Shown here: positions 24,462 to 37,220 of the stretch, piece by piece
Layout: the number at the start of each line of letters is the position of its first letter
Position numbering within the stretch: position 1 is the first letter of the stretch
Assembly: GCA_951406725.2 (NCBI GenBank)
Contig: OX597827.1
Location: 39,618,001-39,682,000, forward strand
DNA: 64,000 bases
Source of the DNA: Octopus vulgaris
Lineage: Eukaryota
Direction of reading: 5' to 3'
Notes under the pieces: generated by a model
Database searches by the model: none
Seen by the model: only the letters and a program-made list of their open reading frames with translations
What the model was told of the DNA's origin: nothing
Position numbers and translations under genes: made by a program

Positions 24462-24604
24462 GAAATCACATGGGTACTAAATGTCTTATATTAGTTGAAA
24501 CCACATGGGGGATTAAATGTCACATGATGGAGGAAACCACATAGAGGATTAAATGCCTTGTGTTAGTTGAAACAACATGGAGGATTAAATGTCTTGTGCT
24601 ATTA
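24462..24604. repeat. 35-36-bp minisatellite, 4 units
   Basis: gaaaccacatggaggattaaatgtcttgtgttagtt-like units starting at 24462, 24497, 24533 and 24569. Confidence 0.85.
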
Positions 24605-25269
24605 TTTGGTTATACTCTGAGTTTAAATCTCACTATGCCAACATTGTTTTCCATGCTAAACTGCTAAACTAAATTGCCAAGTGCACTTGTGACTGATTAA
24701 AGGAACTGTGTTTGTTTCGCAATTTTGTCCCTAATAACTTCGTTGGTGCACAGAGTTAAGTACTGGGGTTAATTCACTAGAATATATCCCACTTCTATAA
24801 ACATGTAGCTTCATGCCAATGTAAAAAAAATTGATAAAATTTTTTTAATTTATCATTATTAGTATTGTTATTATATTAGACAAAATGTGTTGTGATTTTT
24901 GTTCTGGCTCATTACTCTGGGCTCAAATCCGACCAAGGTCAACTTTATCTTTCATCCTTCTAGGACCTGTATAATATAGTAATAGTCAAAAGTACTGGAC
25001 TCAGTTTAATCAACACCTACCACCCTCTGAATTTCTGACCCTAAGAAAAATTATTATTGATGACACCATAAGGATTTGGAAACATTGAGAAAGTGAAATA
25101 ATTTGTTTTTAGAATGGTGAATCTTGAAGTAGATTAAGCTAAAAATAATAGCTTGTAAACAATGGGTTGGAAAAGAAAAACCCTTTGGATCGAAGAAGTC
25201 AAAGGCTGCATCTGCTTCAAGATTCACTGTTCCAAAAAGAAAATCCCACTTGTAACTTAATTCCCATTT

Positions 25270-25600
25270 TCACAGTCTGTAACCACTAGGAGTGCTGTTA
25301 TGCCATGTAAATTCAGGGTACAGGAATGGCTGAGTGGGGAAGAAGTTCAGTTCATGATGCTTAATTTCTAGTTCATTTTCAGTGTGCAGCATCCTGGGTG
25401 TCTTCCGCCATAGCTCTTGGAAGGACAAAGGGCTCAGCCAAAGCCTTCTGAGTGAAATTTGAGAAACACTGCACAGACGTTCATCAGTGATCCTTTTCTT
25501 GGGTGGTACTCTTAATCCATCACCCAATTTGACACCAGCTTCTGGCCCTCGGGTGCCTTTACTAATGTGCACACTATTGCAAGTAATAGGTTTGCATCGC
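25270..25600 (-). pseudogene. Possible fossil APE endonuclease fragment of a LINE
   Basis: Higher-GC unique island; VKLGDGLRV (cf. LGDFNARV), SYGGRHPGCC and TENELEIK...FF...FTWHNS (cf. NGxRLLxxCxENELxIxNTxFxxxxxxTW). Weak similarity only. Confidence 0.3.
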
Positions 25601-25682
25601 TAATCTGAAGATAACTTCCTCTTACAAGTCTTACAGGTCTGTAAAAAGGTTATGGGTACTGACCTTTCTCCTCTCTTTAAGC

Positions 25683-25926
25683 CACTGGTTCTCAACCAGA
25701 GTTCATATGACCTTTGGGGGTTGTTAAAATTTATGTGCAATAAATTACTTATACTTCTACAATGCACAAAATATATTATCGGTTTTTTATTTATACAATT
25801 CCTAATAATATATGATACTAAAAATATAATATGATTGTTTTTAAAACATTGAATGGATATGAGAGTCCAGCAGAGTAAATTAGGAATCAAATGGGTCCAT
25901 ATGTAAACAATGATTGAGAAACACTG
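25683..25926. mobile_element. hAT MITE, same family as 10477-10720 in opposite orientation, older
   Basis: CACTGGTTCTCAACC ... GATTGAGAAACACTG; same 244-bp length; TSD decayed (ctttaagc / atgtaaac). Confidence 0.8.
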
Positions 25927-26869
25927 ATGTAAACCATTAACAAAAATATTGACAGAAAGCACAAAACAGAATTTAGGTTACATTGAGGTTGACTTTGATG
26001 TTATCAGTATTTGAAATATTAGGCAGTAAATTAAATTAAGTGGCAGGGAGAATATAGAGAAAGCATTCATAAGTATAGAAGATAAATTAAATTTCTTATA
26101 GTTTATAACACCAGTATAATCCATTCCTTCTGGTGCTGTATGTCAATGAGTGTCAACTTATAATGGTTTCTAGCATCCAGTATTGGCACATTTGAAGTCA
26201 AGAGTATAATGGATTTAATAAATCCCAGTATAGAATTAGTACTTAATTTAATGACCTCTAAAAAAATAAAAGATAAAGTTGACTCCAATAAGATTTGAAC
26301 TAAGAATCATCTACAGAAAGGCAGACAGAGAGATTCTTGTATTTTTTTACTGGTTTCAGCCATTGGACAGCAACTGTTCTGAGGCTGAGGCATGCTTTTA
26401 AAGGTTTTAGTTGATCATATGAATAACAGTACTTACTTCAGTTTCAAACTTATTTATTAATCTCTTTGACAAACTGCTAAGTTACAGGACAAGAAAGGGA
26501 CACAGCATCAACATCAACAATACTGATTTTGAATCTAATGTAAATAAACACAGACATAGGAACACACACACACACATGTGGAAACTATGAGGTTGCAAAG
26601 TACTTCTTAACCACACACTGTCATCATCGTCATCCTCATCATTTTAATGTCCACATTTCCATGCATGCATGGGTCAAATGTGAAACTTATTGAGGTGAAC
26701 TCTCTGCAGTCAGATGCCCTTCCTGTTGCCAATCCTCACTTATCTCCAAGCAAAGTAATGCTTCCATAGGGCCAAATAAGTTTTCACAGAATATTGGAAA
26801 TGAATGATGCTGCTTGTATGACAGTGACACTCACAACTATCATGCAATATCAAGACATACTTTATAATC

Positions 26870-27096
26870 TCCTCTTCTTCCTAGCTCTCCTGTGTGACCC
26901 TTCTGTCTGGCATTTGCCATGATAGATCGCTAGCCACTACACATTCTTTATTTTCTCTCCTTGTTTCTTTCTGTGGAAGAGCGTAGGCTCAAAACATTAA
27001 AGACTTTTTCACTTCCCGAGCGTTATACTAATACATCTGTTTGTTATCTACACCACCTGTCTTTGTCTTTTGTTTTTTTTTTTGTGAATTCTCCCC
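26870..27096 (+). mobile_element. Penelope-like terminal fragment with hammerhead-like motif
   Basis: CTTT-CTGTGGA-A-GAGCgtagGCTC-AAAAC-ATT-AAAG at 26967-27002; about 130 bp shared with 28633-28760. Confidence 0.55.
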
Positions 27097-28214
27097 CATT
27101 ACATACATACATGCTTCTTTTAGTGTTTGTCTACCAAATTCACTAATAGGGCTTGGTTGGCCTGGAACTGTAGTAGAAGACACCTGCCCAAGGTGCCACA
27201 TAGTAGGACTACACTCAAAGCAACATGGATGGAAAACAAACTTCTTAACCACACGGCCACACCTGTATAAATAGATATACATATATAACGATATAAATAG
27301 ATATACATACACACATACATACTCTGAACTTCTAATTCTATATGTTGCCCTCGCCACCTCACACACACACAAGAGATCTAAACCTTCCACCAGATTACGT
27401 GATATTTAACTAAGTATTCTTCTATTTTCAAAGAAGAATGTTATACCATACAGTATAATGTCAGTTATAGACAAGCTAAGTATGCAAGTTGATTTCTACT
27501 CCCAGTTGTATCATTTCACTTCATCTACAATGTAAAGTATGTTTTCAAAAACTTCCTAAAAGCACCTAAAGGTCTTGTCAGTGCCTAACTATAATTCCTG
27601 AATATTAAGCAGATGTGTGACATGTCTATCTTTAGATAGGAGGTCAGTCTACTTCAAGTGCTTACTGTTGTTAACTCCCAGTTCATTTCTGATGGAACAG
27701 ATTTATAGCTAAAGACATTCCAGTCATGGCCATCGCAACATTTTTCTTGACATAGTATGTTTCCTTTTTTTAAGAAAGTAGAAAGAATGAAATTTAGATG
27801 CTTTTTCAAGAAATTCGAGTGATCACATAGTCAATTCCTACATTCATTCATAAAGACTTGTGAACTTGCATAAACTTGGGTAACATATCTATGCAAACGA
27901 TGGCATATGAAAGTAAGCGTTTAAAATCTGAATACACAGGGAAACACAACAAGAATCATAGATTGGAACTCAGGACTTATATATTCTAACCTATATTTTC
28001 ACTTAAATCACCTGCATGTCTCCTCTTCTATAAGTACGACATCAACATAAATCTGACAAGAACCTCATTAAGTTCCCTGAATTAATTATATGCCAACTCT
28101 TCTATTATATATCAGTTTGTAAAAAAGATTATGGACACTATGGTGTCTTGTTTATAATCTAATGATCAACAAATATTGTAGGCACACACACACAAATATA
28201 TATATATGTATATA

Positions 28215-28495
28215 TTCTTTTATTTGTTTTAGTCATCTAACTTTGGCCATGCTGGAGCAGCGTCTTTAGTTGAAGAAATTAATCCCAGGACTTATTCTTT
28301 GTAAGCCTAGTACTTATTCTATTGGTGTCTTTTGCTGAGCTGCTAAGTTACAGGGATGTAAACACACCAGCATCGGTTGTGAAGCTATGGTGTGAGGACA
28401 AACTCAGATACACACATATACACAATGGGCTTCTTTCAGTTTCCATCTACCAAATTTAGTCGGCCCGAGCCTATAGTAGAAGACATTTACCCAAG
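28215..28495 (-). mobile_element. SINE family B (truncated)
   Basis: ggccatgctggagc...cttattctttgtaagcctagtacttattc...ggcttctttcagtttcc. Confidence 0.85.
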
Positions 28496-28499
28496 ATAT

Positions 28500-28760
28500 T
28501 TACATACTAACCAATGCTCAGTTCAAGAGCAAAGTAAAGATACATTGGATCCCTCATCTGTCATCTACAACAAGAGTTCACCATATTTATCCATCGCTTT
28601 CTCTCTAAATATATATATATGTGTCTGTGTTCCTTTCTGTGGAAGAGCGTAGGCTCGAAATATTAAAGACTTTTTCACTTCCTGAGCATTATACTAATAC
28701 ATCTGTTCATTGTCTACACCACCTGTCTTCGTCTTTTGTTTTTTTGTGAATTCTCCCCCT
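28500..28760 (+). mobile_element. Penelope-like terminal fragment with hammerhead-like motif
   Basis: CTTT-CTGTGGA-A-GAGCgtagGCTC-GAAAT-ATT-AAAG at 28633-28668, followed by (CA)/(TA)n. Confidence 0.55.
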
Positions 28761-28791
<31 letters not shown>

Positions 28792-29062
28792 CTGTTGTCT
28801 GGGGAGAGTCATTTTCTTTCTGGGCCTTATAATCTAACACACTCACTGGTAAAATTTCCACTTCTTTCTTATTTTTATTTTCCTAAAATTTTCGTTTCAT
28901 CTTGCAACTTTTTCAATAGTCTTGACTCAAGACTATTGAAAAGGTTGGAAGACACAATGAAAATTTTAGGAAAATAAAAATAAGAAAGAAGTGGAAATTT
29001 GACCGGTGAGTGTTTTAAATTATAAGGCACAAAAAGAAAATGACTCTCCCCAGACACAACAG
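28792..29062. repeat. ~270-bp spacerless palindrome (foldback element)
   Basis: Arms of about 135 bp around C28926 (caatagtcttga-c-tcaagactattg); ends ctgttgtctggggagagtca / tgactctccccagacacaacag. Confidence 0.95.
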
Positions 29063-30188
29063 AATATGTTTCAACACACGAGCTCATATAAAGAATCTTG
29101 CAAACCAAATCCAAAAACAAAATATATATATATACACACACACACATGCACAAATGCAATTGTACACACATAACACTACTATATACAGCTTAACATGTAT
29201 GAGGCAATGAGGAAGCTTCTACATAGTCACACAAACTGCTAGAAATAACAATCAAACTTCACCCTAACATCTTTACAAAAAGAAAAACACCTTGCACTAG
29301 GCAGTAGTAGATATTACTATAATGCGGTACGACCATGGCTAGGACACCTTTGATCATAGGTCTATTAAATCAGGGTCACTCAGTTCAAACAGAATCATAC
29401 AAATGATTTAGTCAGGTAAAAAAAAAAACCAAGACTAAGTAAGATTCTCTTCTTCAGGCTAACTGTTAAAATAAATTAATCATACATGCTCTCATTATAT
29501 CTTATATATTATGTACTGACATGTACATCCTCCACACACATATATGTATATCTATGTATGTATGTATGCATACTGACCCACAATAGAGCAAATTCAACAT
29601 TAACAATATTAACCTTATGCTAGTTATTCTTATTTAAGTCTGCTCCTTCAACCAATCTAGAAATATGCAATAAATGCCTTGGGTTCTATCCCTCATCATT
29701 AGAATAACATAATAAAAATAATCCATTTTTTTAAATATAATTTTCTTTTTTCTTGTTTTAATGTTGGTTTTATCTAGGTTCACTTTTTAATGTTATTTCA
29801 TTAAGGCATTAACAAAATGAATTGTTTTAAAATAAAAGAAATTTGGAGGTAGAAAAGGCATCACTTTAACAGAATTTAAAGGATAAGATGACAGAAAAAC
29901 ACCTATTTCTATTGTAATTGATTTGCTGTATAAAGAGGAGGAGGAGTAAAAAAAGGGGGCACCATCATTGCGGTAGTATAAATATGGCTGCCATTGATTT
30001 AGATGGGATCTGAAAGCAAGGCAATCTTGCAGCTAGCAGTCTGCTGGCTTTAGGTTTTATTCATACAGCAAGCATGCGAGGAAGGGAAAGGGAGGTAGTA
30101 ATTCAATGGAGAAACATCCCTGATTCTAAAGCCAGATCTTAAATTGGCAGTTCAACAGGTTGTAAAATTGCAAGGCAGCCTTTCTCAC

Positions 30189-30200
30189 CAGTAGCATATG
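30189..30200 (-). CDS. Candidate 12-nt microexon (CATATGCTACTG)
   Basis: About 65-nt AG-free zone, TTTTTCTTATTTTACCCACAATGCAATGCAG| exon |GTGAGA; lies in a ~450-bp unique island with GCATG downstream. Confidence 0.5.
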
Positions 30201-31199
30201 CTGCATTGCATTGTGGGTAAAATAAGAAAAATGAAGCGCCATATGATGGAAAAAATGCCCATATTTCCTATATTTTTCACTGACAATCACAGATTTAATA
30301 AAAATATCTATTTCTGGCAGTATAGCAGACATGGTAGGATAGGGATCTAATAAAACAAATGAAAATAAACAGACTGTATTTTTATGTATAGAGTGAAATA
30401 TTTTCTTATAAAAGGTATATATTTAGGTGTTACTTATATATATCCTCTCCACCTCACCATTTTTATATTTTCATCATGTTCTGCATGGTATAGAAAACAG
30501 CATTCTATCTTTTAAACATAACATTTGTTTTATGAAACAATATTGACAGATTCTTTTGTATGTGTGTGTGTATGTGTGTGTGTGCATGTATGTATGTATG
30601 TATGTATGTATGTATGTATGTATGTGTGTATGTATGTGTGTATGTATGTATGCATGTATGTATGTGTGTATATATGCATTTTATATATTTTGACTTTTTA
30701 TAAACAGCCTCAACACAAAGAGTATGCTACCAAAATCTGTGTGTGCCAGTTGAGCAATCATTGGACTGCCAGCCATGACTTAACTGGTTGAAACTTCAAA
30801 TTCACTGTCAACAACACTATTACTTAAGAATAATAAACTTGTACTCTTTAAAGGTATATAATAACTGATCAGATTAGTGTAAAATTGTTTTTATCAAAAC
30901 TGAACATGAAAACATACACACATATGGGTGACCTCCTATGTGGTTTAGTGGTTAGTGTGTGTGTGTCCACATGCTCACAGATCTATACAGACACATCTAC
31001 AAAATTAGACAAATATAGATTATATTTTTCAAGGAAAAACATTTCTCTCCCTTTTGCATAATTCAACTAATATTATTAATCGACCAACAGATTTAGTTGA
31101 ATATTATTACAGGTGGCAAAGGTGATTTTGTTAATATCCACAGGGAGTATTTACATGAAAAAAAAAACCCAACTGAATATCAGTTTTGTTCTAAAGAAG

Positions 31200-31593
31200 T
31201 TTACTCTTTTACTTGTTTCAGTCATTTGATTGTGTGGCCATGCTGGAGCACTGCCTTTAGTTGAGCAAATCGACCCCAGGACTTATTCTTTGTAAGCCTA
31301 GTACATATTCTATTGGTCTCTTTTGCCGAAATGCTAAGTTATGGGGACATAAACACACCAGCATCGGTTGTCAAGTGATGTTGAGGTGGGGGACAAACAC
31401 AAACACACATATATACATATACATATATACGACGGGCTTCTTTCAGTTTCCATCTACAAAATCCACTCACAAGGCTTTGGTTGGCCCGAGGCTATAGTAA
31501 AAGACACTTGCCCAAGGTGCCATGTAGTGGAACTGAACCCAGAACCATGTGGTTGGTAAGCAAGCTACTTACCACACAACCACTCTTGTGCCT
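31200..31593 (-). mobile_element. SINE family B, full length
   Basis: Complete reverse complement of the family B unit. Confidence 0.9.
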
Positions 31594-31656
31594 ATAAGTT
31601 TATATATCATGTGTTTTTTTTTTTCTTTTTATTGGCATTAGCTTGATGGGTCTCAC

Positions 31657-31659
31657 CAT
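31657..31659 (-). CDS. Candidate 3-nt microexon (ATG)
   Basis: Poly-T run then CTGTTGCTGTGTGTGCCAG|ATG|GTGAGA on the minus strand. Confidence 0.4.
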
Positions 31660-32156
31660 CTGGCACACACAGCAACAGAAAAAAAAAAATCCCACTAGAA
31701 TGTTTTGTGTTTTATCTTTCATCTTTTATTATACTTGTTTCATTCACTGGATTCTGTCCATGCTGAGGCACTGCCCTGAATGGTTTAGTCAAACAAAATG
31801 ACCTGGGTACTTATTTATTTTTTAAGCATGTTACGTATTCTGTCAGTTTATTCTGCTGAACTGCTAAGCTATGGGAAAGTAAATAAACCAACAACAGTTT
31901 CAAGCAGTGGAGAGGGAACAAACACAAATACACATACATAGAAATCTGCTGAAGCTACATATTTGATCCACTACTACTCAGTTTCCTGTTCAACAGAATG
32001 TCCATTAAGTATTTCAAAAAACAGGAAACTCAGAATAGCTACAGTGTGGTAACTTTAGTTTCAGGCTCTGATATCCATATTGAGAATTCTTTTTTATTTC
32101 TTTCCTTGTACACAGAAATGCATGTATGTATACATGGAAACATAACATGGCAAATA

Positions 32157-32188
<32 letters not shown>

Positions 32189-32338
32189 TTAACACAAATA
32201 CCAGTCAAATAATACACTAATATGTTGATGGTGGTGGTGGTATAGAAACTGGTATGAAACTGTAAACAATAACAGAAAGTATGGTAAGAATTATAAAGAG
32301 AGATGTGAAAAAAATGTATATAGGACGTGGATACACAC

Positions 32339-32377
<39 letters not shown>

Positions 32378-34489
32378 CACACACACACATGCACATGCAC
32401 ACACACACAGTTATTATCTTCATCAACATCATAATGTTTATTTTTCTAAGCTGACCCGAGTTGTTACTTTTCAACTACAGCTCAGCTTTGATGGAACGTA
32501 CCAATGATCAAAGCTGTTGCAGCTATAACCATCCCATCTTTTTCACATATCCATTTGACTACATTGTCCTATTAAGAAAATAGGGTGTGATTTGAGGGTG
32601 GTTTGGCTGCAATTCTTAGCAGGAAAGTGACCATATAGAAAATGTTTTATTGGCTCATATATATTATACCTTTTCTGTCTTTGACTTGATGGCTCTGAAA
32701 TACAGTATGTCACCACTCCTTCCAGTCTTATATAATCTTGGTTGATATCTGATCTTCATTGCTATGCCTTTCCCAACCATATTTTACCACAAGGATCTTC
32801 AAATGTAAACACATAACACCCTCTGCAACAGTCATCTGTTATTTCATACTCATTTCCTTTTTCTTCAAACCCATAAACCTTCCACAGTAAACATAAGCTC
32901 AACAAATGGGAGGCAAAATGACAGTTGTTCCATGCACAAATATGAAGAGGTGCAAAATTTCTACTGGTCTATAATACATGTTAAGGTCAGGCAACAAAAA
33001 TGTCCTTGGCCTTGGATGCTAAGAACCCTTGCTACACCAAAAATACCTAAAATATATGTCATGTCATATCTTCCACACGGAGAGAAAGGGAAACTTCGTT
33101 ACTAATAAGAATAACAGCTGTATGAACATATTCCTTCCATTCCTTACTTCTAGTTGCTATGTTTTTTCTACAACCATCTGTAGCATTAATAAGATCAGGA
33201 ATAAGCCAAAAGGTCAATATATTTGACTAATCAAGGGGTTGAAAAACACCTGAAATGATTTTGAGTATGAAGGGTGCTGAATTAAAACAGAACCGAATGT
33301 GGTAAAGTGCATTTATGTAAGGCTAAAACTCATTAATTTCCAGTCAAATATTGATGCAATAACTAATATTCACTGAATATATATTTCATATAAAATATTT
33401 TGACTATATCAATATAACAATATGATTGAATTTTTATTGTTCCTAATCAATTTCATTATGTATTTTCATTAAATTTCTTGAAATATTTTTTATTAAAAAG
33501 CAGTAATGGCACGATAGAATGAGGGAATTATTATTTTTAAATCATGAAAATTTTTTATTAATTATATGTTTTAATTATATTTTAAAAATTTACATAAGGA
33601 TCAAAAAGTTATCAATGATTTCATGAATGGGTACCACCTTCAAGGATTTAGTCTATTATATCAATCCCAGCATTTAATTTGTTGATATCTAATGAACTGC
33701 TAAGTTAAGGAGCATTAAAAGACACAACGGTAAAAACAACACCAGTTTTGGGACAAGTGTGAACATAATATACAGTTATCAAGTACTAAAATTCCACTCA
33801 CAAGATGTTTTTCATCCCATAATTACAACAGAAGACCCTTACCCACTGGAGCCACATCCAGAACTAAGTAGCTGTAAAACAAATTTCTTAACCACATTAT
33901 TATGAAACAATCTGTAGAATTTTATATTTCATTTCACTGGTACTTGTACTACTCCTATACATTTATCATATAAGAAGTTTTGATTCTCTCTTAGTCTGGC
34001 AGAGATTTCATTGCACTTTCTATGTGCACATTATTTGTTCTAAGCACAATGTATTGACCTAGTACATATGCTTTCCTTATTATAAAAACAAGGCCAATTC
34101 CAAGGCAGTATTGGAATATCATGCTCTCATTTGATAATTAGCACTTTGGTATTTACTCCGTTGATCTTTAAAATTTTGTACTCATAACCATGCTTCCAAG
34201 TTTGGATTTTTTTTTCTGCAAGTAAAAGATATTCAGCTATGGGAACTAGGTCACAGGTCATCTGTATAAGAAGTTTCCAAGGACAATCAGTCCTCAAACT
34301 CTTCTATCATAGCCTCAAAAGTTATTAGAATCACAGTGGGGGGCAAAGCAGAACCTAGATGGACATATGAATTTATGATTAAATACACTGGTAACACTAA
34401 ACTTGCTGACAGCACCCTCGTACATGTCTTGAACAGATTTTACAAGCAATTCATCAACATCTCATTTCATTAGTGTCTACTTGACTTAC

Positions 34490-34500
34490 AGAGCGTGGGA
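34490..34500 (-). CDS. Candidate 11-nt microexon (TCCCACGCTCT)
   Basis: Poly-T run then GCATATACAG|TCCCACGCTCT|GTAAGT; long pyrimidine-rich region upstream; ACTAAT just downstream. Confidence 0.45.
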
Positions 34501-34684
34501 CTGTATATGCAAAAAAAAAAAACTTTTTTCATATAGACAAATATGCAGCAGAGATTTTGGTACTGAGCTAAGAAGTTCTCTTGAGAACAGAAGACAAGAG
34601 AGAAAGAAATGAGACAAAGTTCTAAGAGAGCAAAGAAAATGAGTGGGAGAAAAGACAAGTAAACAGAAAACGTGTACACACATG

Positions 34685-34733
<49 letters not shown>

Positions 34734-35487
34734 ACAAAGAGGTAGAAAAAGAGAAAGGAGGGGGACAGAACGAGAGGGAGAGAGAGGGGGAAGAAGCAGG
34801 AAGTGAGAGAAAGGAGGGGACAGAGAGTGAAAAAGAGGAAGAGAAAAAGGTGATTGAGAAAGGTGCAGATAACAGTGAGAGTGACAGTATGGTTATAAAG
34901 AAAACCTGGAGTGAGAGAGAGTGAGAGAGAGAGAGAGGGAGGGAGAGAGAGAATGAGAGGCAGAGAGAGAGGGGAAGAAGCAGGAAGAGAGAGAGAGAGA
35001 GAGAGAGTGAGATGCAGATTATAGATGGTGAAGGCAATGTCAGTACCAAGATGACATTATAAGAAACATAGAGAATTACATTTACTTTAATGGCAGCAGA
35101 ACATAAGCTTCATTAAACCACTTCCTGGCAGTATTCTTGTGCCAGGAAAGAAAAATAGAAAAAAAGCAGATCTTTGGTTTGGGCTATATATTTTAATACT
35201 TATTTATTTCCTTTTGTTCCATAACCTACTTTATATGCAGAAATATCTTCCCAATATATTTACAATTTATTCTCTTCTAATTGAAACAAAAGTTTTTATG
35301 CCAGTTACTGAGGTTGGGTTTTTTTTTTTAATTACATTTTATATTTCTATGGACGTCATGGGTTGAACAAGTTTGCAACACTGCATTGCTCCATGTGTCT
35401 CAGTGTAATGAGTATTTTTAATGATGATGATGTTAAGTCTCCAGACCAACTAAAAAAGTTATATTTATGAAGAAAAGGCCAAACAGC

Positions 35488-35680
35488 TCTTCTTACTCTT
35501 GCTTGAAGGGGTTGGGGGTCATTCCAAGATAGTTGTTCCAGAGGTGTGCTGATGTGTAGAACCCACTAGTGCTCTCCGTCACTGGTGGTCCCATGCCAAC
35601 CCCTCTGCATTCTCCAAGGTGATGTTGAGCTTCTGGAGATCTTCCCCAATCATGTCCAGCCATCTGGCATGGAGCCTGCA
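35488..35680 (-). mobile_element. RTE-clade LINE 3' end fossil
   Basis: Minus translation CRLHARWLDMIGEDLQKLNITLENAEGLAWDHQ*RRALV (cf. GRPxxRWxDxIxxDLxxL...AxDRxxWRxxV). Confidence 0.75.
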
Positions 35681-37114
35681 TTTTACAAAACATCACCCCA
35701 CAGCCTCCCCACTCATAGCTGTTCATCACATGTGCTGATACAGACATGTCCTCTGTCTCTTACTAGATCGTCCACCCAAACAGCTCTGACCAAATAATTT
35801 TGTTTTTAGGCAGTATCTTGGACCATATTACCCAATATAAATTTTTCTTTTTAAGATAGTATGTTGAAAGGTGATGGTGATTAGATTGCTATTTCATGTA
35901 AGTAGGTTGGAGACATACAATTTCCTTGTTTAATGTATATCCCAATATTGAAATACCTGTGAGGACCAAATGTTTTAGTCTAATTAATTTCATACCATCG
36001 GCTTAAGCCAAATTTTTACTCTAGCATGCCTTATCTTTTTGAATTATATGTTCAGACACTGAACATGGATATCGTTTTGAAGTTCACTTCAAAACTTCTC
36101 ATTTGGTCTTCACTTCAGGGCATTTTGGGCAAGTGTTTTTAACCATTACATTTGCTCAACCTAATTCTTGTGAATGAAATTTGAAACCTGCCAGAGGGAA
36201 TATTATTTTCTTAACCTGTTGCAAGGTTTAATGTCATCACCTAGCCCTTGGGTACCATTACCAGCATCTACTCTATTGCAAGATTCAGGCTAGTCTCCAC
36301 TTTAAGGATATTTCTTGTTTCTTTTCACCAGTCTAAAGAGGCCCTGAAAAAGGTCATGGGCACAGCCTACCCACTCTAAGTTCTACAAAAGATAAAATAA
36401 CTAGCAAGGTTAAATAATTGAAAATGGATTATTCTCATGAACCTATATTGTCAAATCTCCACTGCAGATCTGGTCTTCATAGAGTGATTCTCTTGAATAT
36501 TTGTGCTCATACCTCCAGCTGAGTACAAAACTTGAATAACACCATAAAAGCACAGTGAGTTAATGTAGCACTCATTAATCCTACAGTGCTGCCACTGCTG
36601 TACAGTAGTAAATGATATCAACTAATAGTACCTACTTAGAGCTAAGAAGCTTTAGCTGTTGAGAATGAAGTACCTTGGTCATGAACAGAACGCAGTAGAG
36701 GTGACAGAAAATGACCCCTTAATTTTGCCTGGTTATCAAGTGACCCTTATAAACTATTTAATTAAATTTCTGACTTATAACCTTTTTGTTTACTTAGCAA
36801 ATCATTCAACAGCATCTTCCGCATTGTCTTCAATTTAATGTCTGTTTTCCCAGCATGAAACAGACAAACCAAAAATACTATCTTGTTTATAAAACCAAAT
36901 ATTCCTGTTTCTAGACAAACTACTTTTACTAGCACTTATTTGACCCATAAGTCATAGTAGTTCCATTTAGTATCTATCTGTAAAACTTTGGTTAATTCTA
37001 GACTGTGCATGGTGCTGTGGTGTGGGATTGAACCTGGTACATGGTCCTGAACCAAATATCTTAACTACATAGTTAAAACCAGTCATTAGTAAATTACATT
37101 CGAAACATCTTTCA

Positions 37115-37116
<2 letters not shown>

Positions 37117-37208
<92 letters not shown>

Positions 37209-37220
37209 TGAGCGAGAGAG
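37117..37220. repeat. (AG)n microsatellite
   Basis: About 100 bp of GA repeat. Confidence 0.95.

Noticed and set aside
24462-24604. CRISPR-like array (also considered for 42541-42980)
   Set aside because: Units are contiguous tandem repeats without unique spacers; eukaryotic context and no cas genes.
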